In this document: positions 57,375-64,000 of the stretch, one piece after another
Position numbering within the stretch: the first letter of the stretch is position 1
How the letters are laid out: each line of letters begins with the position of its first letter
Translations under genes and position numbers: made by a program
Notes under the pieces: generated by a model
What the model was told of the DNA's origin: nothing
What the model saw: the letters and a program-made list of their open reading frames with translations, nothing else
Database searches by the model: none
Source of the DNA: Patescibacteria group bacterium
Lineage (GTDB): Bacteria > Patescibacteriota > Patescibacteriia > 2-01-FULL-39-33
Direction: 5' to 3'
Assembly (NCBI GenBank): GCA_041662745.1
Contig: JBAZRV010000001.1
Location: 69,837-133,836 of the forward strand
DNA: 64,000 nt

Positions 57375-58091
57375 TTATTGTTTTTTGCTTTTTTTCTGTC
57401 GCCATTTTTCCACGGCGCCATGATGGCCGGACAAAAGCACTTTGGGCACTCTTAATTTTTTGCCGTTAACCGTAAAAACTTCCGGTCGAGTATAGTGCGG
57501 ATGCTCTAAGTAGCCGACGGTCGCATGCGATTCTTTCTCCACTGATTCCTGCTTGCCGACAAAGCCCGGCAATTGACGGCAGACGGCCTCAATAATCACT
57601 GCCGCCGGCAATTCGCCGCCGGCCAGAACATAATCGCCGATAGAAATTTTTTCATCAACTAATTTTTCCACTCGCGCGTCCACGCCTTCATATCGGGGAC
57701 AGACAAAAACCAATTGCTCGTATTTGGCCAAACGCGCCGCATCTTTCTGAGTGAACCTCTTGCCGTTGGCCGCAGTTAAGATTATTCTGGTCTTTAGCTT
57801 GTAGCTTGTAGCTTGTAGCTTTTTATTACTATTATTCTTTTTGATTATTGTATCTTGTTTCTTGGTTATTGCTTTGAGTGCCTTATATATCGGTTCAATC
57901 TTAAACAGCAAACCCGCTCCCCCGCCATAAGGCTTAGCATCCACCGTCTGATGGCGATCGGTCGTCCAACGACGCAGGTTATGGGTCTTAACGGCGAATA
58001 ATTTATTTTTCTGCGCGCGCTTAAACAAAGACTCATTAAAATATGATTCTAAAATTTCCGGAAAAATTGTAACAATATCAAATCGTTTCAT
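57375..58091 (-). CDS. trmD: tRNA (guanine37-N1)-methyltransferase TrmD with a lineage-specific insertion
   Basis: TrmD core motifs (VTIFPEI, YGGGAG, GDYVLAGGELPAAV). The insertion KKQDTIIKKNNSNKKLQATSYKLKT is encoded partly by a GCTTGTA tandem repeat. Confidence 0.85.
   Translation of the reverse strand: MKRFDIVTIFPEILESYFNESLFKRAQKNKLFAVKTHNLRRWTTDRHQTVDAKPYGGGAGLLFKIEPIYKALKAITKKQDTIIKKNNSNKKLQATSYKLKTRIILTAANGKRFTQKDAARLAKYEQLVFVCPRYEGVDARVEKLVDEKISIGDYVLAGGELPAAVIIEAVCRQLPGFVGKQESVEKESHATVGYLEHPHYTRPEVFTVNGKKLRVPKVLLSGHHGAVEKWRQKKSKKQ
57797..57822. repeat. tandem heptamer repeat (TAGCTTG)x3-4 inside the trmD insertion
   Basis: tagcttgtagcttgtagcttgtagc encodes LQATSYKLK. Confidence 0.6.
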
Positions 58092-58266
58092 ATAATCATT
58101 TCAAACAATTTAATTATAACAGATAATTTAAAACCGGCCAAAATGACCGGTAAAGAACTTTTTATGTTATGAACATACTGTAAAAATAAAATTTTGTCAA
58201 GACTGCTTTATCTAAACAAAACACCGCCCCAAGCGAGGCGGTGTTTTTATGTTTCTGATGGCTTTA

Positions 58267-58593
58267 TTAAATGCTCAAGTCATCAACTACATCGGTGTCA
58301 ACTCTTTCGGCATCAACCGGTCGAGAAGCGCGAGGGCCTCTGGAACCTTCCGGTTCATCAATTTTTAAGTTGACTCTGGCGTTGTTCTTAGCGCCGATGA
58401 TTTTGGCCAAAGTTCTAATTGCTTTGGCGGTCTGGCCCTGGCGGCCGATAACGTAACCGATATCGGTGGGGGCGACATGGAGGGTCAATAAAACGCCTCT
58501 TTCGTCGACGGTTCTGTCGACTCTGACATCATCGGGGTTGGCAACAATCGCCTTGACGATGGTTTCTACAAACATTTGGTCTTTCTCAGCCAT
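58267..58593 (-). CDS. KH-domain RNA-binding protein (KhpA/YlqC-like) with a C-terminal acidic/basic extension
   Basis: KH GXXG motif IGRQGQTAKAIR. Conserved neighbourhood with trmD. Confidence 0.7.
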   Translation of the reverse strand: MAEKDQMFVETIVKAIVANPDDVRVDRTVDERGVLLTLHVAPTDIGYVIGRQGQTAKAIRTLAKIIGAKNNARVNLKIDEPEGSRGPRASRPVDAERVDTDVVDDLSI

Positions 58594-58728
58594 ATTCTTT
58601 GTTTAATAATAAACCGATAACACTTTCACAAATTCCAGCAAAAGCGGAATAACTGCGAAGTAAGTTATCAAGGTTCATGGGTTTTTCTACCCTTCACCTG
58701 TGTATAATTATAGCAAATCAAAACAAAC

Positions 58729-58758
58729 TTGTCAAGAGGATGAAAAATCAAGTATAAT
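58729..58758 (+). promoter_or_regulatory. sigma70-like promoter (TTGTCA, 18-nt spacer, TATAAT)
   Basis: Near-consensus elements 47 nt upstream of the ATG at 58805. The track ORF start at 58700 lies inside this promoter. Confidence 0.45.
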
Positions 58759-58804
58759 AACAATAAGAAAGACAAAAAACTATCTCTTACACTACACATC
58801 ATAT

Positions 58805-61800
58805 ATGACTGATACTTTAGGACCATCACTGGAAGACCTTATGACGGGAGAGGCAACCGAAGAAGAATCGGCCGGAGAAAAACTCCAACAGAAATTGACG
58901 CAAATAAAAATCAAGGAAAAAGAGGACGAGGTGGCGAAAAACGCCGACGCCTTGGGTTTGCCTTATATTAATTTAGTCGGTTTCCCTATTTCTCCCGACG
59001 CGCTAAGCTCTATTGCTGAAGCAGCGGCCAAAGCCGCTCAAGCGATTTGTTTTTTCAATAACGGTTCGGAGTTGCGCGTCGGTTGCGTAAATTATAATGA
59101 TGAAGTCAAAAAAATAGTGGCTGACTTGCAAGAAAAATTCCACGCCAATGTCCTGCCTTATCTTATTTCCCAACACAGTTTTGAACGCTCGGCTAAATTA
59201 TATGACTCTCTGCCTAAAATCACCCGACTGGTGGGCGGAGTGGAAATAAAAAAAGAAGATATTGAGCGTTTTGAAAAAGAAATAACCACTTTCAAAGATT
59301 TAAATGAAAAAATAAATAAAGTTAGCATCACTGACGTAGTGGCGATTATTTTGGCAGCCGGCCTTAAGGCCGAAGCTTCGGATGTCCATATTGAAGCCGA
59401 GGAGAAAGGCATCATAGTGCGCTTGCGCGTGGATGGCGTTTTGCATGATTCGGCCATGATTGAAAAAGATAAATGGAAAAAAATAATTGCTCGCCTTAAA
59501 GTTTTGGCGCGAGTCAAAATCAATATTGATGACAAGCCCCAAGACGGCCGTTTCACTATTTTTTTAGAAGATGACGCCGTGGATGTCAGAACATCCTTCC
59601 TGCCGACTAATTTTGGCGAGAGCGTGGTTATGCGTTTACTGCATTCCCAGTCAGTCGCCCTGTCTTTTGAACAGCTGGGTTTATTGCCGGCGGCCTTTAA
59701 AACATTGGAGGCGGAAATTAAAAAACCCAACGGCTTAATCTTGACTGCCGGCCCTACCGGCTCGGGTAAAACCACTACCCTGTATGCAATTCTCAATAAA
59801 CTCAATCATCCGGACGTAAAAATCATCACTTTGGAAGATCCGATTGAATATCGCCTTAAGGGCATTAACCAATCACAGGTAGACCCCAAGAAAGATTATA
59901 CTTTTGCCAAGGGCTTGCGTTCTATTTTGCGCCAAGATCCGGATATTGTAATGGTTGGCGAAATTCGCGACAATGAGACGGCTGATATCGCCACTCAAGC
60001 GGCCCTGACCGGCCACCTGGTGCTTTCTACCGTCCATACCAACGATGCGGCCGGCGTGATCCCGCGCTTAATGGATATGGGCATTAAACCCTTCTTTATT
60101 GTTCCGTCCATTAACGCCGTTATCGGCCAACGCTTGGTGCGTAAACTTTGCGAGAAATGCAAACAACCGCATCAAATTACAGAAGAGGAAAAAACCACCA
60201 TAGAGAAGATTTTGGCGACCATCTCGCCCAAATCGGGCATTGATGTTCCGGCCAACCTGCCCCAAATGTACGAACCCGGTCCGGGTTGCGAGACTTGTGG
60301 CGGCATCGGCTATAAGGGCCGCATCGGCATCTATGAAATTTTCACCATGACCGACAATATCAAAACCTTGACTATGGCCGGAGCGGCGGCTTTTGAAATT
60401 CTCAAACAAGCGATTGAAAACGGCATGATTACCATGTTGCAAGACGGCATCATTAAATCTTTAAACGGCGTTACTGATGTGCAAGAAGTTTTCCGCGTTA
60501 TCGGCAAATTGGATTATGTGGAAGAACTTTATGATATTGTCATTACTCAAACAATCGGCCGTGGCATCAGTTTGACTGCCAAAGAATTAATAAAAGGCGA
60601 GGAACTATCCAAAAACTTAAAACAAATCCAAGAAAGCTTAGAAAATCTGCCCGCCAAAGAATTAACGGCTCTATTAATGGCTGCAGCGCTTAAAGCGGAT
60701 GCCGGCGATATTCATATTGAACCGACCGATACCGGCGTTAAGGTGCGCTTCAGAATTGATGGCATCTTATATGATATGGCTACGCTGGATAAAAGCCAAT
60801 ACCTGCCGGTTTTATCCAATATGAAAATTTTAGCCGGCATGCCCACCAATATTAAAAAGGCGGCTTGGGACGGACGGTTCGGCATCTTTACGCCACAAGC
60901 TAAATTGGATTGTCGCATTTCCATTATCTCCGGCGGTTACGGTGAAACAATCGTTATCCGTATTTTATCGGCGCAAGCCGCCAGCCTGAGAGTTGAGGAT
61001 TTGGGTATGCGCGAGTATTCTTTAAGGTTGCTGCAAGGGTCAATGGAAAAGACTAAGGGTATTATTGTCACTACCGGGCCGACGGGCTCGGGCAAAACCA
61101 CTACCCTGTATGCCCTGCTTAATCAACTTAACAAACCGGACACCAAGATTATTACCATAGAAGATCCGATTGAGTATCATTTGGCCGGCGTAATGCAGAC
61201 GCAAATTGATGAGGCTCAAGGCTACACTTTTGCCGCGGCCATGCGTTCCTTGTTGCGTCAAAATCCCAACATCATGATGATCGGAGAAATCCGCGATAGC
61301 GAGACGGCTAAAACAGCGATTGAAGCGGCTTTGACCGGCCACTTAGTCTTATCCACCATCCACACCAATTCCGCGGCCGGCGCCTTCCCGCGTTTCTTGG
61401 GGTTAGGCATTGAACCTCATATTTTAGCCAACTCCTTAGAGTGCACTATTGGCCAACGTTTAGTCAGAAAAATCTGTCCTTATTGCAAACAGCCGGTTGA
61501 GCTTAATCCGGAGATTGCTGGGGAGGTGGAAAAAATAATCAAAAGCATCAATACCAAATCGGGAGCCAAAATACCTGATAAACCGACTTATTTCAAAGCG
61601 GTTGGTTGCGAAAAATGCGGCGGTTTGGGTTACAAAGGACGTTTAGGCATCTATGAAGTCATACCGAATACCGCTGAAATGCAAAAAGTGGTGCAAGGAC
61701 CGGCGGTTACCAATTTGGAAATTGAAGCCTTAGCCGTTAAAGAAGGGGTAGTTCTAATGCTGCAGGACGGTATCCTAAAGGCTATGGCCGGAGAAACAAC

Positions 61801-61831
61801 AGTGGAAGAAGTATTCCGAGTAGCCAAATAG
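58805..61831 (+). CDS. fused tandem GspE/PilB-type secretion/pilus ATPase (two complete N-domain plus ATPase-core modules in one 1008-aa protein)
   Basis: Two Walker A boxes TAGPTGSGKTTTLYA / TTGPTGSGKTTTLYA. Two Asp-box/Walker B regions (IVMVGEIRD / IMMIGEIRD). Two His boxes (LVLSTVHTN / LVLSTIHTN). Two tetracysteine motifs (CEKCKQP...CETCGG / CPYCKQP...CEKCGG). Confidence 0.8.
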   Translation: MTDTLGPSLEDLMTGEATEEESAGEKLQQKLTQIKIKEKEDEVAKNADALGLPYINLVGFPISPDALSSIAEAAAKAAQAICFFNNGSELRVGCVNYNDEVKKIVADLQEKFHANVLPYLISQHSFERSAKLYDSLPKITRLVGGVEIKKEDIERFEKEITTFKDLNEKINKVSITDVVAIILAAGLKAEASDVHIEAEEKGIIVRLRVDGVLHDSAMIEKDKWKKIIARLKVLARVKINIDDKPQDGRFTIFLEDDAVDVRTSFLPTNFGESVVMRLLHSQSVALSFEQLGLLPAAFKTLEAEIKKPNGLILTAGPTGSGKTTTLYAILNKLNHPDVKIITLEDPIEYRLKGINQSQVDPKKDYTFAKGLRSILRQDPDIVMVGEIRDNETADIATQAALTGHLVLSTVHTNDAAGVIPRLMDMGIKPFFIVPSINAVIGQRLVRKLCEKCKQPHQITEEEKTTIEKILATISPKSGIDVPANLPQMYEPGPGCETCGGIGYKGRIGIYEIFTMTDNIKTLTMAGAAAFEILKQAIENGMITMLQDGIIKSLNGVTDVQEVFRVIGKLDYVEELYDIVITQTIGRGISLTAKELIKGEELSKNLKQIQESLENLPAKELTALLMAAALKADAGDIHIEPTDTGVKVRFRIDGILYDMATLDKSQYLPVLSNMKILAGMPTNIKKAAWDGRFGIFTPQAKLDCRISIISGGYGETIVIRILSAQAASLRVEDLGMREYSLRLLQGSMEKTKGIIVTTGPTGSGKTTTLYALLNQLNKPDTKIITIEDPIEYHLAGVMQTQIDEAQGYTFAAAMRSLLRQNPNIMMIGEIRDSETAKTAIEAALTGHLVLSTIHTNSAAGAFPRFLGLGIEPHILANSLECTIGQRLVRKICPYCKQPVELNPEIAGEVEKIIKSINTKSGAKIPDKPTYFKAVGCEKCGGLGYKGRLGIYEVIPNTAEMQKVVQGPAVTNLEIEALAVKEGVVLMLQDGILKAMAGETTVEEVFRVAK

Positions 61832-61914
61832 ATTTATAACAGCTGAAAGTAAAAACTCCGAGACTGTTCGGAGTTTTTATATTAAAAATATTATTTTTAT
61901 TTAATTCCTAAAGA

Positions 61915-62439
61915 CTAATCCATATGAATCATCCTTTGGGGATTATAAGCTGGCTTTTTGCCGTAAACAGCTATGCCATGATTAATTATCTTCTGGTCTT
62001 TCTCTTGAGCGTGCCATCTTTCCTTAAGCTCTTCGTACGACAAATAGACGTAAGCGAAGGAATAAGGATCTTCAAAAAATATTTTATCTTTATCGTAGCC
62101 GATGGCGATAGCCCAATGGCCGTCACGGTAACTGTCGGTATAATCAATTTTCTCAAAACTCCAAGCTTGTAACAGTAACATAACGGGAATCTTCTTATCA
62201 AGATACTTCTTTAATTCTTTAACGGTTAGGCTTCGCGAATCAGTCTTTAAACCGTATTTTTTGAAAACCGCTACCAGAGGGTTTATCAATGTTCCTTCTT
62301 TTTTATTGGTTTTAGCACATTTAATAAGCGCCTCTTCACGCACTTCTAGGCCGTAATAGAGCAAGACCGCCTGCAGGGCCTTGGCGCCGCAATCATATTC
62401 GTAAGTCTGTATGACCCTGGGAAAATTCAATTGCTTCAT
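61915..62439 (-). CDS. papain-like cysteine peptidase, C39-like domain protein (tentative)
   Basis: N-terminal YDCGAKALQAVLLYYG (Cys in a Q...C context) and a downstream GHWAIAIGYD His. Confidence 0.4.
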   Translation of the reverse strand: MKQLNFPRVIQTYEYDCGAKALQAVLLYYGLEVREEALIKCAKTNKKEGTLINPLVAVFKKYGLKTDSRSLTVKELKKYLDKKIPVMLLLQAWSFEKIDYTDSYRDGHWAIAIGYDKDKIFFEDPYSFAYVYLSYEELKERWHAQEKDQKIINHGIAVYGKKPAYNPQRMIHMD

Positions 62440-62463
62440 ATGATTATTTATGGAATAATAAAA

Positions 62464-62901
62464 TTATTTTATTTTGATTTCCCTTTCATCACCTTTTAAA
62501 ATTTTAAACTCAATTCTAATTATCTTCTTCGGCCAGATATCGCGAACGCGATCGGCCCATTCAATAACCGTCACGCAATCAGGGTCGGACAAATAATCCA
62601 ACGCGCCAATGGCCGCCAGCTGTTCTCCGTCAATCAAGCGATAAGCGTCAATGTGAACCAATTGCCTGATTTCTGACTTTGCCGGCTGGCGGCTTTCAAT
62701 TTTATAATTTTTCATTAATACGAAAGTCGGACTGGTAATAATGCCTTTGATTCCCAATCCGCCGGCCAAACCTTTGGTAAAAGCTGTCTTGCCGGCGCCT
62801 AAATCGCCAATCAAACAAAAAACTTCTCCGCCTTGCAACTGTTTAGATAATTTTTTGGCAAAATTATATGTTTCCTTTTCTGATTTGGAAATAAACTTCA
62901 T
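62464..62901 (-). CDS. tsaE: tRNA threonylcarbamoyladenosine biosynthesis protein TsaE
   Basis: P-loop GDLGAGKTAFTKG and the size and pattern of YjeE. Adjacent to tsaD. Confidence 0.85.
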   Translation of the reverse strand: MKFISKSEKETYNFAKKLSKQLQGGEVFCLIGDLGAGKTAFTKGLAGGLGIKGIITSPTFVLMKNYKIESRQPAKSEIRQLVHIDAYRLIDGEQLAAIGALDYLSDPDCVTVIEWADRVRDIWPKKIIRIEFKILKGDEREIKIK

Positions 62902-62919
62902 AAAAATTTTAACTTTAAC

Positions 62920-63951
62920 TTATACCAGTTCCCAATTCGGATTAGCCGTGGCTCTTTTATAATTTTCTATCGGCACCTTTTTCTTGGCTGAAAGATAATA
63001 AGCAGCTAATCCCACCATAGCAGCATTATCAGTACAAAGCTTGAATTCCGGTATGGTAAATTTTAGGCCGGATTTTTCTGCTTGCAGCTTCAGTTCCTCC
63101 CTTAGCCGCTTATTGGCGGCAACTCCTCCGGCCATCATTACTGTTTTTACTTTATATTTTTTAGCCGCTTTGATTGTTTTGCTCACCAAAACCTCTACCG
63201 CCGCTTCTTGAAATTCATAAGCCATGGCCGAACGAAAAACGTCGTCAAGATGGCGAATTTTCTGAGTAGCATACAAAACCGCCGTTTTGAGTCCGGAAAA
63301 ACTAAAATTAAAATCATTGGACTTCAGCATGGGTCGGGGCAAATCAATTTTCTTATACATTTTCTTGCTATTGCCATATTCCTCGGCTAAACGAGAGATC
63401 GCCGGACCGCCCGGATATCCCAAATTCAATAATTTAGCCACTTTATCAAACGCCTCGCCCGCAGCATCATCAACCGTTTGTCCGATTTTAATATACTTAT
63501 AATAACTGTTCAACACTACTATTTCCGTATGGCCGCCGGACACCACCAAACAAACAGCGGGAAAGGACAAATTAGCATCTAAAAAATTAGCAGCAATGTG
63601 CGCGTACATATGATTAACCGCCAAAAGCGGTTTATGCCACGCTAAAGACAAACCCTTGGCTGTTTCTAATCCCACTACCAAAGAACTCACTAATCCCGGT
63701 CCGGAAACGGCGGCTAATAAATCAACGTCTTGTGATTTAATATTGGCCTTAGTTAAGGCTTCCATTACTACCGGCAAAACATTTTTAATATGATGGCGCG
63801 CGGCTATTTCCGGCACTACTCCGCCGTATTCTTTATGGATATTTATTTGTGAAGAAACAATATTAGACATTATTTCCAATTGGCCGCGATCAGCCTTAAT
63901 AACGGCCGCGGAAGTTTCATCACAAGATGTTTCTAAAGCTAAAATTTTCAT
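62920..63951 (-). CDS. tsaD: tRNA N6-adenosine threonylcarbamoyltransferase TsaD
   Basis: N-terminal ILALETSCDETSAAV, metal-binding HH motifs (VNHMYAHIAANF) and the Kae1/TsaD fold pattern. Confidence 0.9.
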   Translation of the reverse strand: MKILALETSCDETSAAVIKADRGQLEIMSNIVSSQINIHKEYGGVVPEIAARHHIKNVLPVVMEALTKANIKSQDVDLLAAVSGPGLVSSLVVGLETAKGLSLAWHKPLLAVNHMYAHIAANFLDANLSFPAVCLVVSGGHTEIVVLNSYYKYIKIGQTVDDAAGEAFDKVAKLLNLGYPGGPAISRLAEEYGNSKKMYKKIDLPRPMLKSNDFNFSFSGLKTAVLYATQKIRHLDDVFRSAMAYEFQEAAVEVLVSKTIKAAKKYKVKTVMMAGGVAANKRLREELKLQAEKSGLKFTIPEFKLCTDNAAMVGLAAYYLSAKKKVPIENYKRATANPNWELV

Positions 63952-64000
63952 AAGCTTACTTTAAATTTACCCGAAAATTAGTCTTTTGGCAATATTTGGA

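Overview
The window reads as a small-genome, Candidate Phyla Radiation (Patescibacteria)-like bacterial segment. GC content is moderate and small hypothetical proteins are frequent. The sequence directly shows Shine-Dalgarno sites and many intrinsic terminator hairpins. Four blocks stand out. (1) rRNA genes: the 23S gene (about 29.26-33.73 kb, minus strand) is interrupted by two group I introns, each encoding a single-motif LAGLIDADG homing endonuclease. Their insertion sites correspond to E. coli positions about 2593 and 1917, and a 5S gene lies downstream. The 16S gene sits about 21 kb away (54.88-56.36 kb, minus strand), so the rRNA genes are unlinked. A shared 17-mer containing TTGACA lies about 250 bp upstream of both the 16S and 23S genes. 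(2) tRNA features: a tRNA-Pro(TGG) / tRNA-Phe(GAA) / tRNA-Ile(GAT) cluster lies downstream of 16S, and its tRNA-Phe carries a 243-nt Azoarcus-like group I intron in the anticodon loop. Two truncated 5' halves of tRNA-Pro, each with a 19-nt palindromic insertion, sit in tandem before an intact tRNA-Pro(GGG). A 27-bp copy of the tRNA-Gly 3' end lies 195 bp from the gene. An AT-rich islet abuts the 3' end of tRNA-Ser. (3) A self-contained seven-gene operon with its own promoter and terminator (35.74-44.71 kb) has no recognisable annotation. It encodes a long coiled-coil protein, two paralogous proteins sharing an N-terminal FGQGL-x3-D-x-TP motif, a classical-clade AAA+ ATPase with a non-canonical Walker B, and three membrane proteins. 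This is my best candidate for an undescribed system. (4) Five tandem paralogous small membrane proteins resembling VirB2/TrbC-type pilins (8.09-10.37 kb), each with its own terminator. The remaining genes are housekeeping (htpX, LemA, rny, clpP, a NrnA-like DHH phosphoesterase, phosphoglucose isomerase, trmD, a KH-domain protein, tsaE, tsaD, a DnaQ-like exonuclease). There is also a glycan-surface block (O-antigen-ligase-like protein, flippase, clan GH-A hydrolase, EamA transporter), an EndoQ-like PHP nuclease, a 1118-aa secreted GH5-like protein with Cys-rich and calcium-binding repeats, a fused double GspE/PilB ATPase, and a 35-aa poly-Lys/Ala peptide with its own promoter and terminator.
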